From: Gordius albopunctatus
Taxonomy: Eukaryota
DNA length: 64,000 bases
Direction: 5' to 3'
Assembly (NCBI GenBank): GCA_964276515.1
Contig: OZ193909.1
Coordinates: 4,340,001-4,404,000, forward strand
Within the stretch, counting starts at the first letter, position 1, and every line of letters starts with the position of its first letter. The notes under the pieces were generated by a model. That model did not search any database and was not told the origin of the DNA. It saw only the letters and a list, made by a program, of their open reading frames with translations. A program made the translations under genes and the position numbers. Shown one piece after another: positions 26,596-38,555 of the stretch.

Positions 26596-27207
26596 TTAAA
26601 TATGCTACATGTATGAAAGCGATAAAGATAGAACTTTAAAGGAGATAGAGAGAAAAATAAAAGAAGAAACCGATAGCTCCGCTAGCCTTAGTAAGGAGGG
26701 GAAGCGGCAAAACCACCAGGCAGGGCAACACCACAATTAAGTAAGTTTACGCTTAACTTAAATTACACCCTTGATAATTTAAGGATAGCAATTTAAGTGT
26801 ATATATGCATGTTTGCCCCAATAAAATCAATTATTTAGTGTAAATATTAAATTCCTTCTCACTTCATATGGCCCATGAGTCGCTACAGATACCACTTTTA
26901 AGTGTTCTTATAACACCGAAATTAGTAACACGTTATACCCCAATACTTAATTGAAATATAAATGATTATGAGGCTTAATAATAATATAATCTGGATGATA
27001 AAATAAAGATTTAAAATAATTGTACTGTGTAATATAATAGGCTACAGATTTGCTAAAATCCGTGCGTCTAATTTGTTTCTGGTAAAATTTTTAATAATTA
27101 TTGATTATTCTAGGCCAATGGCTTATTATAATGGAACCTGATTTAGTTACTAATTGAAAAGATAAATAAAAATCCTTTGCCAACTATAGAGAGCTTGTTG
27201 TGTGAAT

Positions 27208-28120
27208 CAGGCGCGTACCAAAATTTGAAAATTTTTTTGTTTAATAATTAGATTAAATGGGTTAAAATATTATATTTTAGTTGCATAAAAGATTTTGAGA
27301 CACTTATAAAAGTCTGTAAACATAATATATACATTCAATTTTTGGACCAACATTATAATTTTCCACCGTTGATTGTAAATTGTATGTATGTATGATTGCC
27401 GCGAAGAGTTGTAAATTATGAAGAATTCTATACAAAAATTTCCCCCCCCCCTTAAAATACCAAACCCTGGTATTTCTAGTAAGTGACTTAGGCTTTTATT
27501 TTATGTTTATATATTATTGATTTCTTATATATATTAATTTTTATTGTGATTACATAGCATTGCCAATTTTAAAAATTTCTAGATGATGAAGAACAAGAAG
27601 AAGATTCAATATAAATTGAAACACTCACACCTATTGCTTTAAACAATAATATTGATGAAAATGCCTCAACTATTCTAAAGTCAAATGGTATATGTATATG
27701 TATAATTTTATCTTTTTTAGTTTATTTTTAGGGTTAATTAAAATTTGTAAAACAGCCGTATGACATATCTTTGTATGTTAACACCATACAACATTATGAA
27801 GATAAGTTGGCAGAATTTGATAAAATTTATCAACCACCACTTTTATTCAATTCCTCTCGTGATGAAACAGCTAAAAAGCTGAAATTTAAACTCTCTTGGT
27901 TTCATAAATGGAGCTGGCTCTCCTATTCTACCCGAGAAAATGGTGCTTATTGTAAATTTTGTGTGCTCTTTGAACCAAGGTATGATGGTAAAGGGGATCA
28001 AAAGTTGAAAGCCCTTGTCATATTGTACGCGAAGTTTATTTTTGTTATATTAAAAATAAAAGTGTCGGAAATTTTTTTGAATCTTTCTGGCCCCTTGAGA
28101 AAATCCTGGCTACGAGCCTG
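27208..28120 (+). mobile_element. Internally deleted hAT (Tip100/ZMYM-like) element with a TTF-type zinc-finger remnant
   Basis: TIRs CAGGCGCGTACC / GGCTACGAGCCTG; perfect 8-bp TSD GTGTGAAT (27200-27207 / 28121-28128); ORF 27771 has FKLSWFHKWSWLSYS...GAYCKFCVLF. Confidence 0.85.
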
Positions 28121-28268
28121 GTGTGAATGCTTCATGCTGTATAATAATGTAGTCTAGTTTGTAGATATTAAGAGAAATCGAGCAATGATGTAGAGAAACA
28201 AATAAAAAACGACATGGAACAAGGGAGCTTAAGATAGATTACATGGGCTTGGTTGATAGAAGGAAATT

Positions 28269-28669
28269 GGTGGCCCGTCAACTTGCCAAAAACCATCTCG
28301 CCGAATTGAATGTCCCAATGTTAAAAAATGTCCCACAATTAGAAAATTTCCCACAACAAAAAAGCTCATTAAACATTCAATTTATGATTAAAGTTATAAT
28401 TTAGCATCTTGCCGAATTGAATGTCCAAATGTTAAAAAATGTCCCACAATTAGAAATGTCCCACAATTAGAAAATGTCCCCTAACAAAAAAGCTAATTAA
28501 TCATTCAATTTCTGATTAAAGTTATAATTTAGGTATTTTTATAATAAAATTGATAATTATTTAAACAAAAAATTTACTCAATTTAGGGCCTTCTTTATTA
28601 TAATGGGGTGGTCGTTAATGTCCCAGAGTGAATTGAGCGAGATGGTTTTCGACGAGTTGAGAAGGCATT
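28269..28669. mobile_element. Mutator-like (MULE) MITE just upstream of ARPC1
   Basis: Degenerate ~40-bp TIRs (TCAACTTGCCAAAAACCATCTCGCCGAATT vs the reverse complement of AATTGAGCGAGATGGTTTTCGACGAGTTGA); 9-bp TSD AAGGAAATT (28260-28268 / 28670-28678); internal ~110-bp tandem duplication. Confidence 0.75.
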
Positions 28670-28726
28670 AAGGAAATTAATGTATCGTTCTGCATAATTG
28701 TTCTCCTCCATGTCTTGGCTTTAAAA

Positions 28727-31700
28727 ATGGCTAGGCATTACAATTTTGGCGAACCTATAACTTGCCATTCGTGGAATGATCAAAATGATCAAATAGCTCT
28801 GAGCTTGAATAATAATTTTGTTCACATTTATGCATATTCCGGAAAGAGTTGGGACATGATAGATACTCTGGAAGAACATGAATTGCGTGTCACAGCCATG
28901 GATTGGTGTCCAAAAACAAACCAGATTGTTACATGTGGGGAAGATCGCAATGCCTATGTGTGGAATTCCTTTGAAGAAGGTTGGAAACCAACTTTGGTAC
29001 TTCTTCGCATTAATAGGGCAGCTATGTGTGTGAGATGGTCTCCAAATGGTTTACATAATTATTTATTTTAACAATATATCAATTGCAGGTGATAAGTTTG
29101 CTGTTGGAAGTAGTGCAAAATTGGTTGCTGTTTGTCATTTTGATGATGAGAATGATTGGTGGGTCAGCAAACATATTAAAAAATCTATAAAATCAACTGT
29201 AACTTGCCTGGACTGGCATCCAAACAATATATTGTTATGTGCAGGCTCAACAGATTTCAAAAATAGGTAGTAGATGCAATATTTCATTCTGTTGTTGTTT
29301 TCAATGTGAACATTATATATTTATGTTAAGATTTTTCAATTATTGTGTCCCTTTCTTGAATTAAAAAACCTTATGTAGCTTTCTGAAATAAAAAATAATA
29401 AGCTCAACCAAATTTTTATTAAATAAGCCCAATCATTATATTTTCATCATAATAGAATCTTTTCTGCATTTTTGCCTGAAATTGATAAAAACACTACATC
29501 TTCCCAATGGGGCAGTGCAGAAAAGTTTGGTTCATTGTTAGCTGAATTTACTAATGAATGTGGTAATAAACATAGTTTTATTTATTTTTATTAGTTGCAT
29601 AGCACATGTATGTCTTTTTTTAATTAATGAATAGAATCATAATGAACCTGACTTTTTATTAAGGTGGCTGGGTATATTCTACTAGTTTTTCACCATCAGG
29701 AAGTAAATTGGCATGGTGTTCTCATGATAGCACCATAACAATTGTTGATGTTTCTACTTCAGGATCTATGATTGTTGAAAAATCTCCCTACCTTCCATTC
29801 AAATCCCTTAAGTGGATAGATGAAAGCTCAATTGTTTTGGCTGTAATATCACTTTTGCCATTATATAAATTGATATGAATTGTAATTAATACTTTAAGTA
29901 CTTATTAACTTTTATTGGTGAAATATTTAATTCCTTTTTTTTATTCAAAGTATCTATTTTAACAATTAGAGAACTGCTTGTATTGTATCATAAATTCAAT
30001 TTCATAATTAGATGGAGCTGAGATGTGTCTCTTTTTGTAAACAATTTGTCTTTAATGTATAAGCTATCAGAAATGTTTAATGTGTTTTATTTTTGATGTA
30101 CTGCTTTAAATAGAATTATGTATCATTTATTAATTAACAATTTATAGTCATTTTCAAATGATTACAATAACATCCTCTAAATAAAGTAGTTTTAAACAAA
30201 TGTTATAAGTTAGACTTATTGTCATTATTTCATTAGTAAACATACATAAAACATGTTAAATTTAATTTATGATCAAATGAATTTTTAAGTGATCAACCTG
30301 GTTATTTAGATATTCAAGATAGTTGTTAATACTAATGATTGAATACTTATTTAATAATGTTTGTCAATCCAGGGTTATGATTGTTGCCCAATGTTGTACG
30401 TTCATACGAATGATAAAAAATTGGTTTTCAAGCAAAAATTGGATCACGTCAACAGTTCAAGACCGAGTGATAAATCCAACTTGATGAGGTAATAATGACA
30501 TTCTCAATTGCATTTATGGTAATTTTGTAAATTATTCTATTTGACCATTTTCCTATGTCTATTAACTTTTCTTCTATGGTCTAACCTAGAGACCTGCAAC
30601 GGGCCTGTTTAGGTCAGTCGGCCCGGCCCGCTAATCAATTTCAAAGCCCAGGCCCGGCCCGGGCCCGTAAAAATTAAAGGTGACAGGCCCGGGCCCGGCC
30701 CGCTAATTAATTGCAAAGCCCGAGCCTGGCCCGGGCCCGTATACAAAATTTTTTAGTTTGCTAATTTCTGTTGGATTTTAATTTTTTTATTAAAATAAAT
30801 CAATATATCTATATATTACAAATATTAATAATAATCATGTAAAAATAATAAATCATCAATTATCTCGGGTCTCAAGCGAGTTCTTCTTTCTTCAATCAAC
30901 CGACCTGCAGTTGAAAAATTTCTTTCACTAGTTGCACTTGTGGCAGGAATACATAAAACTTTATATGCTAAATGAGATAGTTTAGGATACCTAATTTAAG
31001 GTTGAATTGATATGATATTAATAACATTTACTTCGCTTCTTTGGCTTTCCACCATTTTATAAGATCAAAACATTCCGGATCTACATATTCTTCAAGATAT
31101 TTATTAAATTCATTTGTTGATGAAGGTATGCTTCCATTATCCTCCCATTCCGAAAATACGCATTTAGATTTTTTAGCTAAAATATTACTAAAATTTTGTT
31201 TTAAAATTTAAAATCATACTATTGTCATTTTCTGTATTCTGGGAAGAACTAACTGATTCAGTAAAATCATCACTATCTATAAGACTTTTTATTTCTTCAT
31301 AAGTCTCCCTTTTCTCTTGAGTAGTAGCCATTTTCATATGTTTAAATTTGGGGTGAAGCGCCGTAGCCATTCTATGCAAGGAATGGATGGTATATTTTTT
31401 ATTAATCAATTCTTTAAGTTTATTTTTAATATTTCTAATTTGATTGTTCGAAAATCCATTATTTTCCATTATATTAATTAATTTCAATTTCCATAAAAAT
31501 ACATAAGGCATAGTGGATTCTGACTCCGCCTCTAATTGAGTGCTTGCCTCTTTAAAAGGTCTTAGTGGATTTTAGCAAAGGTTTGTTTATATTAACCAAC
31601 ATAAAGGTTTCATTCCTTTTTGTTAATATCTCTTCAACTTCAACTAACATATTATTAACACTTTCCAAAAGATTCAATTTAGAATTCCATCTAACAGCTA

Positions 31701-34700
31701 CATCTTGATATAAACAATGGCTTAGATTTCTATTTAAGCCACTTTGCTTAAAGTACCGTACTAGAGTTTTAGTGTCATTTATCATGTTCAAGACATCTGG
31801 AGCATTTTCTTCCAAAAATAATTCATTAAAAGCCCCTTTAATGATATTATTTATCTGGTGAGCCTTACAGTCCAGTCGTCTATAATTTTGTAGAGCACTT
31901 ACAATATTGGCCTCTTGATCTGAAACAAATGTGATTTTAAAAATATCATTTAGAGAAAATCCGAATGATGTTAATTTATTTAGGATTTCACTTTTAATAT
32001 TTTCTGCATTTTTTTTTCATGTGGGAATTGCGCTGTGAACAATATCCTTTTAACAAGTTTATCATTAATGTAGTGTATACTTAATGTTATATAAGAATTC
32101 TTGGTATAGTCATCTGTCCACATGTCTGTGGTTGCCGAACACAATCCCCTTTCCACATATGATATTACTTCTGGTAAAATTAGCTGTCTTACAGCAATGG
32201 CAGACTGCTTGACATGCCTGGCTACAGTAGTTGGATGAGGCATTATGTCCTCTATCTTCACTTGTCCAGCTATTGAAACACTATCCATCAAAAATTGGCA
32301 AAAATTTTTAAATCCTTCTTTGGCTAAAGCTTCAAAGGGTCTTAAATCTTTGGCACAAAATTTAATTGCCTCATCTATTATTTTGGTTCTTAGGAGTTTT
32401 GCTTTTTTTGGATCCTTCACCGTAATAAATTGATCCATCGTTCCAGACTTTGATTCATTGCTAGCACATTTATGTCTTTTAATATGGGATGTTCCATCAG
32501 ATGGTTTGTAGGATAAATACTTTTTGCAAGTTTTGCAGATGCAAATAGTAGCTTGGTTGTCATTTTCATCCACTAGTATATCAAACTTTTTCCACACATC
32601 ACTCTTCAAGTTATGGTTTAATTTTATTTTGAGATTATGGTGAATTCTTTTGTCAACCGTTGTTAATTCTTCAGACATTGTTAATTCTTCAGACATGCTA
32701 ACATATAATGTACTATTTCTAAAACAATTATCTAATTAAAATATAAGATTCTGTTATAGAGTGAAAATCTCAAATAGTAATATAACAAAGTTTTAAAATG
32801 AGAATATTCAAAATAATAATCTTTAAATTTTATTAACTTACTCTTAAGTTTGTAACTAGAAGGATAATGTAGTTTATTCCTGTATATAGTACCTCTACAC
32901 CTAGTGAAAACTTCTCTATTTGAAATTTGAATCGCGCGGTATTTTGGTAAATGAATGAATAAAGAAGGAAATTCATATGTATTTTCATTGTCAATTAGAC
33001 AAAAATCAATAGAAAAAATATAATAAAAAGCTTAACACATTTTTGTTTTTACTTTATATTTCTAGTATAATAAAAAATTAAACTATTTTGCAACGGGCTT
33101 TTAGCGGGCCTCAGTTTAATCTAGGCCCGGCCCGAGCCCGTTAGGGAATTGAACGGCCCGTCCATGCCCGCCCCGTTTATTTTTTTTAAACCTTCCGAAA
33201 TTTGAACAGCAATTTCTCACAACTCTAATTTAAATCTAGGGCTTGATATTTTACAATTTAATGTAACAATTTTTTTGCTTATTCTTACATTTTATTTTTA
33301 CACATTTTATGAGTCCTTTATATTAATAGCGCCATGAGTAAGTTTCAAAGTATGGATAAGCATGCCACCACAGCGCACGTTGATACCGCAGTTAAAACCC
33401 TTCATCAGAATACCATCAAGTATAGCGCATACTGCATATAAATTAGATTGAAGTTTTCCGCCGCCATTTTGAAATGTGCACGAATCAGGGAAGGCTTTTG
33501 GTTAATTAAATTGTTTTTAGGACGTAATAAAATTGTGATAGTCAAATATTAAAAATAAAAATACTGTAAAGACATTCATATAAAGGGATTGAAAATTCTA
33601 CATTTTGTTAAAGATATGGTGTTGAGGCAATTAAGTGCCCTCTGCATTAAATAATCATCAGCATTTTTATTTATTTATTAACTAATAAGGTGGAAGGTAA
33701 CTATGGTTATAACTTCAAAAATTTGTCATTTTGCCTCTTCTTAAATTAAATCCTTGCTACGTCTATGAGAATAGCTGTCATTATTTTTGTCGTTATTTAT
33801 TTTTAAACTCGTTTGTAATTTTTTTTGCCTTCGTGTATATTTTAAACGTTCTTATTTACGGCCTTTCATTTTTTATGGATGTTCGTGATAGAAGGCAGTT
33901 TTTCAAGGGGTATTTTCTATTGTATAAATAGATAATTGTCTGTAAGTGTTAAATTTCATATTTGTATTATCATTTAGTAAATTTTAACTTTTAAGCCTTT
34001 CGCATTACCCTTAAAGATGCGTGCTATTAATTAAATGATTAAAATAAGATTTAACATGTAGTGAAATAAACCTATTCTTAAATGTATAAATAAAAATCTG
34101 CTAATCAATTGGGCAGCCAAATCGAGATAGTGACCAAGAGCAAGGGTATGCCTGACGTCTTTTCTACCGTTGGTTTGGATGGGCTCATGGTTATGTGGGA
34201 AGTTCCGGTAAATTTTGCTAAATTTAAGTCGATAAAATTACCACTTTTTAATTGTATATCAATTTTATGGAAACAAAAATTTAAAGTCAAACCAATATTG
34301 TTTATATATTTTTTATATGACGTTTTTGGTCTCATTTAATTTTTTAATTATATCATAGTTTCAGACTTATATATGGAGCAGTTAGCGTATAAGTAGTAGG
34401 CTGTTCTAAAATCTAAAGCCCTACGTGTAAATGATATATGACATTTGTTTTAGAGCAGGGCAAATTTTACGTTCTATGATATATGATTTTAAAAAAATTG
34501 ACTGAATATTAACACCAAAATTAAGGTGATCGTATCGTTTTAAGGTATATAATTTATCCTAAGTTAACTTTAAATTATAAAATCTTATGCAATGATTCCT
34601 ATAATTCTATAAGTTTGAACCCCATACTGCTCTATTTAATGCAATTAGAGCCTTTAAATTTAGCCGGCAAATTGTGGTCCAGCCTTGGAATCAATCGATA

Positions 34701-34942
34701 ATAAGCTAAGCACCCCTAGGAGGTGATTTATTTGCAGGGCTCCCTCATTTCATATATTTCTTTTCAAATTTGATTCACTAGTTAACCTCGAACAAAGTAG
34801 GTGACAATAGACTGGGGAATGAATTATGAGTTCATTCATTTTGATATATTTGTATTTTAACAATCCCTTCAAGACCAACGCTTTAAGTCCGACCATAAGC
34901 CCGACTGCAAATTGCGCAACCAACGGAGTCTCAAACGGATGA
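28727..34942 (+). CDS. ARPC1: Arp2/3 complex subunit 1 (p41-Arc/Sop2, WD40), 8 exons, ~383 aa; last exon tentative
   Basis: Exons 28727-29048, 29089-29266, 29456-29562, 29664-29842, 30373-30488, 33330-33419, 34117-34207 and probably 34874-34942 (1152 nt, open). Motifs [95 protein letters not shown]. Confidence 0.93.
30588..33175 (-). mobile_element. hobo/Hermes-like hAT DNA transposon, antisense in ARPC1 intron 5; right terminus eroded
   Basis: Left end TAGAGACCTGCAACGGGCC; GGCCCGGCCCG subterminal arrays at both ends (30600-30740, 33090-33175). No matching right TIR or TSD found. Confidence 0.88.
30825..32696 (-). pseudogene. hAT transposase (BED finger, DDE core, dimerisation domain) with 2 introns and at least 2 frameshifts
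   Basis: [81 protein letters not shown]. Introns 31177-31219 and 30991-31031; frameshifts at ~32010 and ~31560. Confidence 0.9.
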
Positions 34943-36165
34943 ATGATAAAGCTCTTGAATTTGCACGAAAATTTGTTTATTTTTTGCATACGTCGCTTTA
35001 AGGCTGCATTTATAGCCTTTAAACCGCCATATTTTTATACCTATTTATTTAAGCCCTTCGACACATATTTATAAGTATACGATGTTATATAAAATAAAAA
35101 CTAACAAAGAAGGATTAAAGAGTTATTATAAAGCGTAGCTGGGGTAGATGTAATAACATTTGGATTTTTATTTTATTGAATATAGAGGATAGGGGGGTGC
35201 AGGTGCCTCTTCATTTCTATCCCCTTGAACTTTATACAAAATATGTTGAAGTTTTTCTTAAATAAGTACTGTTTATAACTCCTCAGCAGTTATTGTAATT
35301 TATCCTTTAACCAAGTATACGTTTAAGTTAGATGATGATGCTATGTATATAATTTTACCATTGCAAAATTTTATTTCAAACAAATTTTGATTGGGTTTTA
35401 GAATTTTATTTTTAGTTAGATTTCGTATTTTCTCTGTCAATTACATTTAATTGACCATTAAATTTTAAAAACTCTTTAGATTAATTGTATAACACATATT
35501 TCATAATTGAGACACATAAATGACCTTGGACTATGTAGCAAGCAAAAAACATCGTTTCCTTTCATAATGAAGCTTAATGAGATCCGGCACTGTTTTCAAC
35601 CTTAAAAATGACAAATGCACAAACAAATTTTATTGGCACGATCATGATTACCATATAAATATTAGGGGGAGGGTATAAAGTATCAGGTGAGAAATGTGTA
35701 ATTACAATAAAAAACAGTCCGGGTTGTGGTTTAAGGTGATTGAAAGTGTATATATAGATACATATGATATGGGATTAATAACATGAATAGAATTCCACAC
35801 ATTTACAGGAAAATAAATAGGGTTGCACGAGTATTGCTGTATGCGCATTTACAATTCTAACAGTCGTCGTAGGGAGGATAAAACAATTAAATATAATATT
35901 TACACCACGGCAAAAAATATACATGGCACATAACAATTTACAAATTAATGATGTTAAAATACGCAACTTGCCACCCGACCCCGTGGTGATTTCCAACAAC
36001 TCAAATTTAAATGTCTTCATGTGGGTGGGGGGCTTTTAGAAATTTTAACATTTCAAATCTTGAAACGTACACACAGATAAATGTCTAAAGTCTGATGTTT
36101 ATTTGGTTTGATGCGTTTGAGGAAAAAGAAATCTCTTAGGTTTATACGATTTAGAGGGAGGGGCC

Positions 36166-38141
36166 TTATTGGCCAACTTTGACCCTCTCGGCTTCGTCAA
36201 ATTCGGTTATAAATTGGCACGCTTTCAGCATTTGTATGAGGTTGAGGGAAAGTTTTGCAGCTGCAATCGGTAGGGTGAGATAAAACAGAGCGAGCCACAT
36301 TGGAATTCTCCCAAAAACTAGTAAACAATTATGTTTATTAATAAAAAACAAAAATAATTTAATTACATTATTTGTGATGATTGTAAAATGGTTAGACAGT
36401 TAGAAAGAGACAAAAATGATGAAATTGATTCTTACTCAGGGGACCGGGAGTGAAGTGAAGGATGTAAAGGGATGCGTAGAATAGCTCGTTGCCGGCGCAC
36501 ATGCAAAAGAGCAAAACCTAAATTTATAAAACATATATTGATAATAATAATTAGATTAACATCTCTCGCTTATCGATTTATCGCCACATACAATTAAGGC
36601 AAACTCCATTTAATTCATGTCATTTAAATTTTGAGAATTATGTAGCATGTACAAAATTTTTAAGATAAATTTAAATTAAGCTAAAAATTCATAACGGGTC
36701 AGCTTCTAAAATTTCCTAACAATTTTTACTATAATAATATCTGATTTTTTTTCCATTTTAAAAATTATGAAAATGATATTATTCTTAGTAAAGCAACTCT
36801 CATAATTGGTTAGATCATTGAAGGGAGTTGTTAGTATGTAATTGAAATTTTAAATGAAAAATATCATGTTGAAATTAAAAAACGAATAATACCATAAAAA
36901 CAAAACATTTGTAGTTGTAATATAAGCTTAGCAATTTGAATATTCTAATAATAAATGTCTCTTTAATATAAAAGTTAATCAATTTGATATTTAAATAATT
37001 TTTCAGTCAAGATATACCCTTGAAGAGTAATATATCTTCATCCATTTGTTCCCAGTTTCGCTTATGGCCTTATGTGTTTTGCCAACCAAACTTGAGCTAT
37101 ATGAAATTTATTTAAATAAATAGTTTAACATTAAATGATTCTTTTTATGAAATTTAGAACAATAAAAAATCATAGATAAAACAGATTTTTAATCACAATT
37201 TTCAAAACAAATTCTCCCACGTTGGGGTAAAAATATTTTTGGGGTTAGTCAATACATTCTAATAAATGAAGAGTGCACAGAATGCAGGTGAATTAAAAGG
37301 TTAAGTGCGATCCCACACAGGCTGCAAATCTGTGAGGCTTAAAGAAGGCAACCATATCTTGGCTGATGGTCAGATATATAATATTGTTTATAGTGACACA
37401 TATGACTACCCTTAGAAATATAATTGCACACAAAGGTGTATTCTAAATAAGTGATTGGGTAAGAACATAAACTTTGGTCAAAAGTAGACCAAAATGAAAC
37501 TTGAAAGTCTGATCACATATACAAAGATATGGGCTGGGTATTATAATATTTATAAATTTAGAATCTTAAAGTTTTAGGATGAATAAGTCAAAATAATTTG
37601 AAAAAGCATTCAAATCTCTTAACTTTAAATATTTAAATTGTTTGAAGAAGACTTAATGCTGCACAAAAAATTTTTAAAAAATAATTTATATAGTATATAA
37701 ATAATAATTTACCCATAAATATGTATCCAATGACTACTTATATCAAGGCATATATTCATTTGAAACCAAAAGGCCCAACTAGGATAAAATGAACAAAGTG
37801 TGATTAACAATACTAAGGTGCAACAACGATCTGTAAGCATATCAAGCATAGCTCCAAAATGAGTACCTTAAATTGATTTAAAAATACGTATAAAGAATTA
37901 GGTACTTTGTTTAAAATATCGCGCGGCGTATCCATCGAATGCATCTAAGAGCTCACTAGTTATATATAATATAATTGATATTTTATAATTATTTGGCATA
38001 AACCAAATTGATATTATTGCCAATATAATCCGCGTATAGCCTAAAAAATAAGTAGAAGGGTATATACATTTATAAACCTAATAGGTTTGGAACAAAAAAA
38101 TACACATTTTCTGTTTTCCTAATTCTATTTATTAAATCCAT
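36166..38141 (-). CDS. CDIPT: CDP-diacylglycerol--inositol 3-phosphatidyltransferase (phosphatidylinositol synthase), 6 exons, 221 aa
   Basis: Exons 38141-38078, 38040-37906, 37866-37713, 37096-37018, 36517-36436, 36317-36166 (666 nt, open). ENVYFFVPNLLGYTRI; CDP-alcohol phosphotransferase motif LDAFDGYAAR..STHFGAMLDMLTDR; LDISSHW; MCAGNELFY. Confidence 0.95.
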
Positions 38142-38555
38142 AATTATCGATTCCTCCAAATTTATAAGACCATATGTTAATCTCGTATTTGCTCAAGTGA
38201 TCTAATGCTAAAGTAATCTAAAATTTGCAAAGAATGCTTATAACTAATTAATTTTATATTTAATCATGTTAAAAACGCTTTAAAAGGTTGGAGTTTACTC
38301 TAAAAATAAGAGTGAAGCAGATTGACCCCTTCCCCCCATTATAAGGAAAGTTAACCTCTACCCCTCTACAAAAATGGTCTTATTTATAACCAGTAATTCA
38401 TCTACGAACTCACTTCTAATATATTAACAATATACAAAACACAACTACGCTTACTTCGTATAATCTTCATATCTGCTAATTTATTAAGTTTCAAAATTCT
38501 TTACTAAATCCTTCTCATTCCACCCCAACTTTTAATCCCTTATACTCAAATTAAA

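Noticed and set aside
34062..34089. Alternative ARPC1 acceptor at 34061
   Set aside because: Hits a stop after 8 codons; the acceptor at 34116 gives the conserved FSTVGLDG..W frame.
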